64,000 nucleotides of DNA, taken from Chrysemys picta bellii. Taxonomy: Eukaryota. The notes under the pieces are model-generated. The model was given only the letters and a program-made list of their open reading frames with translations. It searched no databases and was not told where the DNA came from. The DNA lies in the NCBI RefSeq assembly GCF_011386835.1, contig NC_088803.1, positions 12,524,001 to 12,588,000 of the forward strand, given 5' to 3'. Every line of letters starts with the position of its first letter. Within the stretch, counting starts at the first letter, position 1. Below, piece after piece: positions 36,807-48,699 of the stretch. Position numbers and translations under genes: made by a program.

Positions 36807-37797
36807 AAATATTTAGCAGATCATGGTAGAAGGTCATAAAGAGTGGGGTCCTGCAGGGATCAGTTCTGGGTCCAATTCTGTTCAATATCTTCATCAACAA
36901 TTTAGATTATGGCCTAGCAAGTGAATTTATAAAGTTTGCAGATGATACCAAGCTAGGAGGAGTTGCAAGTGGTTTGGAGGATAGGATTAAAATTCAAAAT
37001 GATCTAGACAAACTGGAGAAATGGTCTGAAGTAAATAGGATGAAATTCAATAAGGACAAATGCAAAGTGCTCCATTTAGGAAGGAACAATCAGTGGCACA
37101 CATACAAAATGGGAAATGACTGCCTAGGAAGGAGTACTGCGGAAAGGGATTTGGGGGTTATAGTGGACCACAAGCTAAATATGGGTTAACAGTGTAATGC
37201 TTTTGCAAAAAAAGTGAACATCATTCTGAGATATATTAGCAGGATTGTTGTAACCAAAACCCGAGAAGTAATTCTTCCACTCTATTTCACACTGATTAAG
37301 CCTCAACTAGAGTATTGTGTCCAGTTGTGGGCGCCACATTTCAGGAAGGATGTGGACAAATTGGAGAGAGTCCAGACAAGAGCACAAAAATGATTAAAGG
37401 TCTAGAAAACATGAGCTATGAGGGAAGATGAGGGGAAAATGGGTTTGTTTAGTCTGGAAAAGAGAAGACATGATAACAGTTTTCAAGTATGTAAAAGATT
37501 GTTACAAGGAGGAGGAAGAAAAATTGTTTTTCTTAACCTCTGAGGATAGGACAAGAAGCAATGGGCTTAAATTGCAGCAAGGGAGGTTTAGGTTGGACAT
37601 TAGGAACAACTTCCTAACTCTCAGGGTGGAATAAATTGCTTAGGGAAGTTGGGGCATCTCCATCATTGGAGATTTTTAAGAGCAGATTAGACAAACACCT
37701 GTCAGGGATGGTCTAGATAATACTTAGTCCTGCTATGAGTGCAGAGGACCGGACTAGATGACCTCTCAGGGTCCCTTCCAGTTCTATGATTCTATGA
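36807..37797 (+). mobile_element. CR1 fragment
   Basis: RT-region peptides (IQNDLDKLEKWSEVNRMKFNKDKCKVLHLG); ttctatgattctatg tail. Confidence 0.92.
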
Positions 37798-37871
37798 GCT
37801 TTTAAATGATACCTCACAAGGCATACTTTGTACAAAATATATCATACCCTTATAAAAGGGTGAAAAGGCTG

Positions 37872-38055
37872 TGTGACAAAGTGGGGTTTTCCCCTTCTTA
37901 TGTTGCATGTGAGTCTTACTGTTCTGTACTAATACTGTGTGTACCTCAGTTTCCCTGTGTACTGCACCAATGCCTAGGTGTTTGGAATTGGATGTGTGAC
38001 TTTTGCTGAGGCCCTCGGGGCAGATGAGGCTGCCCAACTGCCTGCACCTAACCTA
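37872..38055 (+). mobile_element. LTR 5' fragment
   Basis: Starts tgtgacaaagtgggg; LTR-like ctcagtttccctgtgtactgcacc. Confidence 0.45.
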
Positions 38056-38899
38056 TGACCAATGCCCTTCATAACCTGAGAACCAGGAGAGAGCATGCTT
38101 TCAGAAGTCTTAAAGAGCAACACTCTGATGCGGAAACTACAGAACCCAAACTACCAAAAAAGAAAATCAACCTTCTGCTGGTGGCATCTGACTCAGATGA
38201 TGAAAATGAACGTGTGTCAGTCTGCACTGTTTTGGATCATTATTGGGCAGTACCCATCATCAGCATGGAAGCATGTCCTCTGGAATGGTGGCTGAAGCAT
38301 GACGGGGCATATGAATGTTTAGAATATCTGGCATGTAGATGCCTTGCAATGTCGGCTACAAAAGTGCCATGCAAACACCTTTTCTCACTTTCAGATGACA
38401 TTGTAAACAAGAAGAGGGCAGCATTATCTACTGCAAATGTGAACAAACTTGTTTGTCTTAGCGATTGGCTGAACGAGAAGTAGGACTGAGTGGACTTGTA
38501 GGCTCAACATTTTTGTACTGTTTTGTTCTTGAATGCAGTTATGTAACAAAAAAGTCGAAATTTGTAAGTTGCACTTTCATGATAAAGAGATTGCACTACA
38601 GTACTTGTATGAGGTGGACTGAAAAACATACTTCTTTTGATTGTCATTTTTACAGTGCAAATATTTGTAATAAAAAATAATAATATAAAGTGAGCCCTGT
38701 GCACTTTGTATTGTGTGTTGTAAGTGAAATCAATATATTTGAGAATGTAGAAAAATATCCAAAAATATTTAATACATTTCAGTTGGTATTTTATTGTTTA
38801 ACAGTGCGATTAAAACTGATTAATCATGATTAATTTTTAATTGTGATTTTTTTTTTTGAGTTAATCACATGAGTTAACTGTGATTAATGAACAGCTCTA
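38056..38899 (+). mobile_element. hAT DNA transposon 3' part (C-terminal dimerisation domain plus right TIR)
   Basis: PLEWWLKH..Y..L..LA..CLAMSATKVPCKHLFS...IVNKKRAALS..NVNKLVCL is hATC-like with a decayed CERxFS. Subterminal gattaa repeats; ends gattaatgaacagctcta. Confidence 0.85.
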
Positions 38900-39167
38900 A
38901 TTGTTACCCATAGTGGGATCACACATGTAGGAGACTACTTAAAATGAAGTCAACAATTCATATGAAATGGGCAATTAACACAACTCTGTAGAGCTGTCAG
39001 CAGGGCCCATAGGGTCCAAAGGAGCTACAGCCAATTTACACCTGCTCTGCAACCAATGTGAATTAAATATGTTTTAAATGCCATGTAGCATTGCATCTGC
39101 AGCCCATTGAGCCTTTTAAATTAGTGCTGTCTGCAGTAAGAGAAAAAAATAATGTAATGGCTGAGCA

Positions 39168-39170
39168 TGA

Positions 39171-39242
<72 letters not shown>
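39168..39242. repeat. (GAAA)n microsatellite
   Basis: Perfect run. Confidence 0.95.
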
Positions 39243-39918
39243 ATTGGTTAAAGGAATCAATTACATATAGCAATGACAAAGTTCTTGGTTCCCGCTTGTA
39301 GCAGTGATGCAATAAACTGCTGGTTTGTTAAGTCTCTGGTTTCTTTCAAATCATTGGAAGGTCCTCAGTCCCTTGGTTAGAATGCTCCCATTAGTATAAG
39401 TTCATAGTCCAGAGGTTAGAGCAGGAAAAAGGCAAAATGGAGATATTTCCAGCACCTTTTACAGCTTCTCTCAAGTGAAGGGAAACCCATTGTTCTCACT
39501 GTGGAAAATTACAGGTGACAAGATGGTGTTTGGAGTCACATGGGCAAGTCACATGTCCACACATGATTTCACTTAGTCATAGCAGAAAAGTCCATTAAGT
39601 GTAGGTAGGCATGTTCCATTGTGAGTTAAGTGTTCTTTAATGGGCCATTCACTTGAAAAGTTCATTCACAATGAGCTCGCTAAACACCTTACGGGTGCTA
39701 CCCAGAAGCAAACATTTGAAATACAGGTATAGAGCTAAAGCTCATAACTTCAGATACAAAAATGAGACATGCATACCAATAGCATAATCATATTCAGCAA
39801 ATCATAATGTTTCTATTTGCACCTTACTTGACACACTTTGTATAAGATTTGTTGCAATTATATAACAGTGGTAGCAACAATGATTTACATGGTCATATTT
39901 TAATCAGATAACATCACA
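39243..39918 (-). mobile_element. LTR fragment
   Basis: Similar composition and terminus (gataacatcaca) to the other LTRs in the window. Confidence 0.55.
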
Positions 39919-40067
39919 GTTCCTTGGAGGGGAGATCCCTTGTTCAAATCCCTTTCACCAGGCAGAGTGAGGTATTGAACTTGAGTCTCCCACCTCCTGG
40001 GTAAATGCTTTAACTACAGAGCTAAGGATTATGAGGGAGGCTGCCTCCCACCATCAGGGACACAGAG

Positions 40068-40777
40068 CTGTGGTTGTCCCCATTGGGCATTAGCAGGGAG
40101 TGAGTAGAAAACAGCTCAACAGCATGGGCCCAATGTATCTTGGATACAAATCTGCTGATTTCATTGGAGAGGTACCAGGAATGGACGTGGTCCTGTGGCG
40201 GGACCTGTAACTGATTGCAGCATTCTGAGAAATTAGAGCAGAAACAAGGGGCTGCAGAATGTGGCACAAATGATACAGTGGACTCTTGCTCCAGGCTGTG
40301 AGTTTTGAGTGGGATATTCAGAGTGGCTTCATGGAATTAGGTGCCCAACTCACATTTACTGGTCAATGGGAATTAAACATCTTACACCCCTTTGAATACA
40401 CCAGCCTTAATGCACAGAGATTTCTGTCTTGTCCCCTTGTATTCTACTTTTCTTTGCATCGCCCTAATCCTGAGTGGCCAGATGATTCACCCAAGTGTCT
40501 GAAGTCTGACATTTTTCAGTAGTACATTTAGAAGCCCGGGAGGCAGCTGAGCAGTTTTCTGCCACTCTGCATTCCCTGGAAATGTGCTTCTACCCTGCCC
40601 TGGAGGGACCCTTTCTAGACATGACAGAGGATTCCCTTCTCCATACTTGGACATCTCAATAGTAACAGAACACAGGGGTGCAAATATAATTCCAGTGATG
40701 TTGATGTTTGTGTGGCAGGGGCACATCTTCTAGGGACTGGACAAGGATCCCCAGTCCATTTCTGAAGGCCACCATGA
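40068..40777 (+). repeat. Unclassified ~710-bp module, copy 1
   Basis: Colinear with 47619-48350; partial copy at 62026-62165. Confidence 0.8.
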
Positions 40778-41626
40778 AGCCATCAAAAAGTTCTAATTTC
40801 TCTCTATTTATAAAGGGGTAAGTAAGTTTGGAAGCCTAGGCCCATATCTGTAGGCCTCTCCTAAGCTAGGAAAAAAAGGTAGGCCATACAGCACATCATT
40901 AAAGTCAAAAGAATTGGGATGTAGCACAAGAAGAGAATCCTACTGTCAATGAGCCACCGGTTGTTTGATCACCTGCCTCAGCAGATTCCGGTTACACTGG
41001 TGTAAATTATTACATGAGAGCAGAGACTCTGTAACATGATGTTATAATAAGGCCTAGATTTGGGAGGTGTTACTCTTGTGTGGACATTGGTATTTACTGA
41101 AATATATATTATAACACAGCAGTATACAAAAGCTGCATCTTGATTTATGTCTCCTAGATGCTTGAGTGAGCTTCTATCCACTTTCATTTGAAGAACTGAA
41201 TGAATACAGCAACCCATATATGTGTGCATAGTAATTTTACTTTTAAAATACTTTTGATTGAGGTGAGGTCATGACCTCTTTGTGGTTACATTCCATGCAT
41301 ATTCCACCAATGCAAACATGAATGTTCAAGGAAGCTGAGAACGTGAAGGAACTGGGATGGGATTCATCAAAAGGCCCAAGGAAGTTGGGTTTTGAACACC
41401 CAATGTAAGTCTACAGGAGTTTCATGTCTAGTTACCCTAGGCCCAGTTGACAGTCTCATTCATATGCCCAAATCCAGAAAAGCACTCATGCATAAATTTA
41501 TCTTTAAGCTTGCAATGGGACTTCCCACACGTTTAAAGTCAACAACTTGCTTTTTCTAGATCAGTGCCTTTAGTTCCGAATATTCAAAGGAGATGAGTTT
41601 TAACTTCATAATCATTGTGTGTTCGG

Positions 41627-42255
41627 ACAAAAAGGTTAACGGCATTTTGGGCTGTATAAGTAGGGGCATTGCCAGCTGATTGAGAGACGTGATCAATCCC
41701 CTCTATTCGACATTAGTGAGGCCTCATCTGGAGTACTGTGTCCAGTTGTGGGCCCCACACTACAAGAAGGATGTTGAAAAATTGGAAAGAGTCCAGCAGA
41801 GGGCAACAAAAATGATTAGGGGCTGGAGCACATGACTTATGAGGAGAGGCTGAGGGAACTCGGATTGTTTAGTCTGCAGAAAAGAAGAATGAGGGGGGAT
41901 TTGGAGAATGAGGAGCTGCTTTCAACTACCTGAAAGGGGGTTCCAAAGGGGATGGATCTAGACTGTTCTCAGAGGTACCAGATGACAGAACAAGGAGTAA
42001 TGGTCTCAAGTTGCAGTGGGGAAGGTTTAGGTTGGATATTAGGAAAAACTTTTTCACTAGGAGAGTGGTGAAGCACTGGAATGGGTTACTTAGGGAGGTG
42101 GTGGAATCTCCTTCCTTAGAGGTTTTTAAGGTCAGGCTTGACCAAGCCCTGGCCGGGATGATTTAGTTGGGGATTGGTCTTGCTTTGAGCAGGGGTTTGG
42201 GCTAGATGACCCCCTGAGGTCCCTTCCAACCCTGAAATTCTATGATTCTATGATT
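41627..42255 (+). mobile_element. CR1 3' fragment
   Basis: aggcctcatctggagtactgtgtccagttgtgggcc; ttctatgattctatgatt tail. Confidence 0.92.
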
Positions 42256-42524
42256 TACACCAACTGACAATCTGCCTTTCCATTTTCAAGAATCTGGATT
42301 ATAATTTGTCAGTGTATCTGGTCAGCGAAGAGAATCAGAGCATATTAAAATGTAACCAGATGAAACAGCTAAAAGTTCAAACACTTAATAGTAATCAAGA
42401 CCTTATTGTAAATAAGAACTGGTGTACGAAATGGTCACAGAAATTCTGTGGTGAATAATGGTGAATAATTAATACTTTTAAGAAAATCATGATCTGGGCA
42501 CTTGATAGTCAGGAAAGAAGCTGA

Positions 42525-42525
<1 letters not shown>

Positions 42526-42588
<63 letters not shown>
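42526..42588. repeat. (CTAT)n microsatellite
   Basis: Perfect run. Confidence 0.95.
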
Positions 42589-42589
<1 letters not shown>

Positions 42590-43618
42590 ACACTCTCCTT
42601 TAATCTCATTTATATTATATGCACAAATATGGTAGTAATAATAACAGTAACAATAAGTAGCCAGCTTCTGTGATCCAGGGCATGTTTTGTCACTTTTGGA
42701 TCCTTGTGGGATAAACCACCCTTGGCCAAATCCAGATCCCTTTAAAGTAAATGGCTAAATCCTAGTTGTTATGGTTACAGGGCTAGTTGCATCTCTGACC
42801 CCTTCGGATTTGTGCTTCATGCCTACACATTTCATAGGGTAGAAACTCATGATTCTTCCACTTTTATACCCAGACCCAGGCTACAGCACCCAGTGCACCA
42901 ACCATGGTCTGATTGGGTTTGGGTCCTGCAGTTCTTCCCACAGAGCTGTGACCAATTGTAAGTTGAGTGACCAGCTGGTCTTTTCCAAAGTATAATTTAC
43001 TTAGCACAGCAGGAACAAAGAAAATTGTGCTCAGACACATCACTACTAACAGACTAAAACACCATCATTTGAACAGAAACTCAGCCATCCCTATACCTAC
43101 AGAAATTCTTTCCCATCTCCTGATCAGCATGGGAATTAAAAGTTGAGCTGTCTTGAACTCCCCTCCACCCCATGAAAGGCATGACACACTGACACCCTCA
43201 ATACAAGGAGAGAACAACAAAGAAAGAGGGGAAAAGACACATGCTTTTAAGCAAACATACCCCACCCTCTTCAATTCACAGAAAACAGACCAACCAGCAA
43301 AACAAATCAAGGAACAGAGGCAATCAAGCAAATAAAACATCTCTTATCCCAAACATAAATTTTACCCCTCCCCTCAAAAAAGAGATGAGCCAGAGAGTAG
43401 ATGAAGTTGACTAATGGCTTTGCCATAGCTACTGATTTAATGTGTATGGTGCTCTGATGATGTAGTGATGGTAGCCATATAAATACTTAAGATGGATTAA
43501 TAGATAGGTTCGGATCTTATTTACACTGTTTAATTCTACAGTAACTCCACTGACTTCAGTGGAATTAGTCTGGACTTTAATCACTACATAAACACATTGC
43601 AGGTGATTTCCCCATGGA

Positions 43619-43671
43619 AAGAATATTTCCATCAGTTGAATGTAGCTATAATGAAACACAGAATAAAATGA
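43619..43671. repeat. 53-bp inverted repeat, left arm (OR 3' UTR)
   Basis: 49/53 identical to the reverse complement of 44689-44741. Confidence 0.92.
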
Positions 43672-43674
43672 CAG

Positions 43675-44631
43675 TCACAGGAGAAAGACAAACATATTAT
43701 TCTTGGTGAATAACTTCCACACAGTCAGCCTCCTCAGGGCAGCTTTGATCTCCTTGTTCCTCATGCTGTAGATGACTGGATTCATCATTGGAGGCACCAC
43801 AGAATACAGAACAGCCACCACTAGATCCAGCCCTGATGCTGAGCTGGAGGTAGGTTTCAGGTGGGCAAAGGTTCCAGTGCAAAAGAACAAGGAGACCACA
43901 GTGAGGTGAGGGAGACAGGTGGAGAAGGCTTTACGCTGGCCCTGCTCAGAGGGGATTCTCAGCACTGTCATGAAAATGTGAACATATGACACAATGATTA
44001 AAGCAAAGCAGCTTAATAGCAAACATGCACTAAAGCCAAGAATGCCAATTTCACTGAGGTATGAGTCAGAGCAGAAGAGCTTGAGTAGCTGGGGGATTTC
44101 ACAGAAGAACTGGTTGATGACATTGGACTGGCAGAAGGGTAACCTGAAGGTGTTTCCAGTGTGCAGGGCAGAGTACAGAATGCCACTTGTCCAGGCACTG
44201 GCTGCCATTTGGACGCAAGCACCCCTGTTCATCACTGTCTCATAGTGCAGTGGTTGGCAGATGGCGACGTATCTGTCGTACGCCATGACAGTGAGTAAAG
44301 CAATATTGGCTGCAGCAAAGAAGACAAAGAGAAAGACTTGAGTGATGCATCCAGCATAGGAAATTGACCTAGTGTTCAATAAGGAGTTGGCTATGGATTT
44401 GGGGACAATGACAGAGATGGATCCGAGGTCTAGGATGGACAGATTAATCAGGAAAAAATACATGGGTGTGTGAAGATGGTGGTCGAGCGCTACAGCTGTG
44501 ATGATGAGAAGATTCCCAATTAAGGCTGCCAGGTAAATTACCAGAAACACCACAACATGTAAAATCTGCAGTTCTCGGACATCAGAGAATCCCAGGAGAA
44601 GGAACTCAGTCACTGTAGTTTGGTTGGACAT
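43675..44631 (-). CDS. Olfactory receptor, OR14-like, 318 aa
   Basis: Intact ORF with MAYDRYVAIC, KAFSTCLPH, NPVIYSMRNKE. Confidence 0.95.
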   Translation of the reverse strand: MSNQTTVTEFLLLGFSDVRELQILHVVVFLVIYLAALIGNLLIITAVALDHHLHTPMYFFLINLSILDLGSISVIVPKSIANSLLNTRSISYAGCITQVFLFVFFAAANIALLTVMAYDRYVAICQPLHYETVMNRGACVQMAASAWTSGILYSALHTGNTFRLPFCQSNVINQFFCEIPQLLKLFCSDSYLSEIGILGFSACLLLSCFALIIVSYVHIFMTVLRIPSEQGQRKAFSTCLPHLTVVSLFFCTGTFAHLKPTSSSASGLDLVVAVLYSVVPPMMNPVIYSMRNKEIKAALRRLTVWKLFTKNNMFVFLL

Positions 44632-44688
44632 TTTCTTCCTCAGTTCATTGTGTCCTGCCTGTGCAAGGAAGAATAAAGTCTATGGTCA

Positions 44689-44741
44689 TCATTTTACTCT
44701 GTGTTTCATTATAGCTATATTCAACTGCTGAAAATATTCTT
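44689..44741. repeat. 53-bp inverted repeat, right arm (OR intron, next to acceptor)
   Basis: 49/53 identical to the reverse complement of 43619-43671. Confidence 0.92.
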
Positions 44742-45284
44742 CAATAATATCTCATGATGTGACTGTCACAGGAGTACTGCACTCATCAGTTCCATGACCA
44801 GGTCTGGTGAATGCTCCTTTCTCCTGACAATCAGACCATGAGTCAAGTGCATTATCGCACCAGTGTAAATTGGCATTGCTCCCAGTGTTGCTGGGTCATT
44901 TTTCACCATCAGAGGATCTGGCCCAAGAGTTGGCTCGATGAAATGTAGTATAAAGGCTGGAACAAATTACAACCTAAACCCAAAACTGCTAACAATGGTC
45001 CCTCTATTCTAAGAAATAGCCAGCTGGCAACTTGGGCATGAAACTGAGGTCCTAGAATATGCCAACATAGCCTGATTCCCACTTGCCGAGGCTACATCCA
45101 GCTTGTCTGTTATGATTCCACCACAACAGCATGTCAATGGCCTGCTGCTCAGTTACAAACTGGTTTACACTGTGCTTCCATCGGCATGGCATGACAATCT
45201 AGCTTGGAGAATTGATCGCTCCTAGGTGGTTGTGTTCACCTCTGTGAATTTAGGTCTGTGATGTGGCTCATTTGCCATCAGTAC

Positions 45285-45365
45285 ACTTAGGTTCTATGCT
45301 TGGCTCTGTCACTGACCTGCTCTCTGACCTTGGGCCAGTCACATTGACCTTTCTGTGCCTTTTTT
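45285..45365 (+). mobile_element. MIR-like CORE-SINE fragment
   Basis: ctctgtcactgacctgctctctgaccttgggccagtcacatt. Confidence 0.6.
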
Positions 45366-45496
45366 TCCCCTTTCAATTTGTATCTGTGTATAATTATTAC
45401 TCCTCCTGGGTGTGGTGGTCTTTCCCATCTAGTGGCACCGAGAGCATTTTAGAGCTTAACAAGTCTGCTCTACAGCCTTAGTTAAGGGGTTTGTGG

Positions 45497-45589
45497 CTTT
45501 TAGCTCATGCAGTAAAAGCTCATGGATTTAGCTCTAGAGATCCTAGGTTCAATCCTTCCCACCAACGCCCAGGGTCTGTCGCTGTTACA
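45497..45589 (+). mobile_element. tRNA-like (Pol III A/B-box) repeat end
   Basis: tagctcatgcagta ... ggttcaatcc; lacks a proper tRNA cloverleaf. Confidence 0.45.
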
Positions 45590-47618
45590 CTTTGAAACAG
45601 AAATGCACAAGGTTGCAATAGAATAAAGTCATTTGAAATTAGGCAGCATTAATGTCCACAGCACTTCTTTAAAGTTTAAGGCTCATTGCAAATTTTCTGT
45701 TGATATTTTTTTGGAAATTTGGCTTTTTTCACCTAAAGATTTTTTTTTCTCAGAATGTGTCTGTTTTACTACTAAAAGTATAATTTTCATCTTAAAATTT
45801 TCAGCTTTCAGCTGAAAAAGTTTGATTGTCCACAACTGGCTAAAAAAAAAATCAGATTTTTTTTTTTTAAGAAAAAATCAGCATTTTCCAGAAGGGGGAC
45901 AAATTCTGACCAGGCATTTTATTAAACTGATGGTAAAAATCTGAAGAGTTCAGAATACAATTCATATTTATGTTCTTAAATTTCCCCTCTATATTAATCC
46001 CCAACAATATTTAATTGAAGTAGCCAACTTACTGTGTTGGAATTTGTAGACTTTTTCCCAAATTGCGACGCATTCTGTCATCCACTGCCTGGATTCTTTG
46101 GTCAATAGCTATCTATCTATCTGTCTATCTATCTACATTTTCTCCACCACTGTGATGTCTTGATGACAAAGGCACAACTGCCTAAGAATCCTTTCAACCC
46201 CTCACTCTTACCTGCTCAACAATTAAAACTTAGATCAACATAGCTATACCACTCAGGGCTATAAAATCACACCCCAGAGAGGTGTACGTATGCTGCTTTC
46301 ACCCCTGGTGTAGATGGAGCAAAATCAATGGAAAAATACATTTTGATGATCTAGCTCCCATAACTCGGGGAGATGATATTCCTACATAACCCCCCTTTCC
46401 ATCACTGCACTGTGTCTACACTACACGGTTCCTCTGGCACATCTACTGTGCTGTAGCTATGCTGTTACAGCCCCCGTACAATAGACATGGCTTTTGAGCC
46501 AGAACTGACTGTTGCTCTCTGCAGATGAGCTGTGTGTAGCTGGCTTTGATCGTCACCGTCATTAGACAACCAAAACTGCAGGAAGGTGATTTATCCATGT
46601 CTAATTTGTAAAAGTTGGAGGGACTCATTCCCTGGAGCCCTGCACAGCTCAGAAGCAGAGGCCCAGAGGCAAAAGTTCATGAATTCATCAATTTTAAATC
46701 CAAAATGTACCATTATTATCCTCTAATTTAACCCCAGCACAGCACAGTCCCTAGAATCTCCCCCAGTTTCCCGATTGCAGCCCAGCTTCTGTGTAATCTA
46801 TGGGCCAGAGTTGCAAAGGGATTTAGGAACCTAAGGAAAGAGCCAAGTGCCTAGTGGGATGTATCAAAACTCCTAAGTGAGCCAAGTGGCTAAATCCCAT
46901 AGACTTTCAATGGGAGCTAGGTGCATAACCTGCTTAGGTGCTTTTGCAAATACCACTGGGAACCTATTAGAATAGTTAGGTGCCTAAACCCCTTTGTAAT
47001 CCTGGCCTTGTGTCTATCTTGTTAAGTTCTAAGGCCTGGGCTTTCTTGAACTTCAGAAACATTAAATCTATGATTTCCAAAGGAGCTTAATGGAGTAAAC
47101 TTCGGGTATATACAACTGATAAGTCACCATCTGCAAACCACTACAGTCTGAGACCATTAGGGACTTCATGCAGGAAAATGTAGGTGCCTACACAGTTAAG
47201 CAACAGCTCAGAAGAGGTTTTCAGGTTGTCAGTTTTGGACTTAGACACCTAAATCCTTTAGTGGATCAACACCTTGGCCACTGTTCAGTGGGGCTTGGTT
47301 TAAACAGGGGACTTAGAGGTGAAAGCAGTTGCTTCATCTTTTGTTTCCCCAGCCTACCTGTTCCCTCCTGCGGTAAAATATTTCTAGCATTCACATGGAA
47401 ATAGGGTGTGAACTGTGTCCTCTTGTCCTTTCAAATGTCCAGTGGGGGCTAAGGCCAGGGACTGTCCTGCTCTCTAAAGATGCCTTGTTGAGACACAGTC
47501 TATTCCCAGGCCCACCCACAGTTGAGCTTCTGCATCATGTGCAAGGAACATATCATAAGCCCAGGGATTTAGGTACTGATAGCAACCAAAGCAATCAGAT
47601 CGAGTGGGGAATTCTGCA

Positions 47619-48350
47619 CTGTGATTATCCCCAGTGGGCATTAGCAGAAGAGTGAGTAGAAAACAAGCCCCTGAGAATGGGCCAAATTTATCCTGGGCAC
47701 AAATCCACTGAGTTCCATGGAGAGGCACCAGGGATGGGCTTGGGCCTGTGGAAAGACCTGTAACTGACTCTGCAGCATCCTGTGCACTTAGAGCAGAAAC
47801 AAGGGGCTGTGGGGACTGCAGAATGTGGAACAAATGATACAGTGAACTCTTGCTTCAGGCTGTGAGCTGTGACTTGGATATTCAGAGTGGCTTCATGGAA
47901 TTAGATGCCCATCTCCCATTCACTGCACAAGGGCAGTTAGACACCTAACTCCCTTACACCCCTTTGAATATACCAGCATTATTGCACAGAGATTTCTGTC
48001 TTGTCCTCTTGTGTCCTAGTTTTCTTTGCATCATCCTAATCCTAAGTGGCCAGATGATTCGCCCAAGGTTCTGAAGTCGGATATTTTTCAGTAGTACCTA
48101 TAGAAGTGAAGGTGGCAGCTGGGCAATCTTCTTCCACTCACCACTCCCTGTAAATGTGCTTCTACGCTGCCCTGGAGGGAACCTTGCTATATATGAAGGA
48201 AGATTCCTTCCTCTGTACTCCTGGACACCTCTGTAGTGATGGAACCTAAGGGTGGAAATATAGTTCCAGTCATGTTGATGTTTGTATGGTGGGGACACGT
48301 CTTCTAGGAACTGCACAAAGATCCCAGTCCATTTCTGAAGGCCACCATGA
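47619..48350 (+). repeat. Unclassified ~730-bp module, copy 2
   Basis: Colinear with 40068-40777. Confidence 0.8.
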
Positions 48351-48699
48351 CCCACAGTCCTGGGATCTGTTTTTGGCTCATTTTAAAGAGACAGGGCCGT
48401 TTGTAGAATCCATTTCTGGATATGGATGCTGATTACAAAGCCCCCAAGTCTGGAGGGGCTCAGAAATGGTGGTTCTGAATCTCTCTCTAGTTTTTTTGGG
48501 ATGATATTGTCAAAGCCTCTTAGGGGATTTCAGAGATCCAGGGCTACATTCACAGAAGGAATTACTATGTGATTTTTAAGGTATCTAGGCACCTAATGGG
48601 ATCTTCAAAACACCCTTTGATGTCAATGGGAATTAGGTGCCTAAAGGCTTTTCAAAATCCTCCTAGACACCTAAATGCCATTAAAAATCTGTCCGTTAG

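Larger units (their letters stand above)
35395..37871 (-). mobile_element. LTR with two nested CR1 insertions
   Basis: Starts tgtgaca. LTR sequence resumes after each CR1 (36658-36806, 37798-37871). Confidence 0.6.

Noticed and set aside
38055-38483. Possible domesticated ZBED1-like gene
   Set aside because: Only the C-terminal domain is present, the CERxFS motif is decayed, the ATG lies at an LTR junction, and transposon subterminal repeats follow. It is a relic.
45497-45589. Possible tRNA gene (also 39930-40025)
   Set aside because: A/B-box-like motifs only, with no acceptor stem or anticodon arm; repeat-derived.
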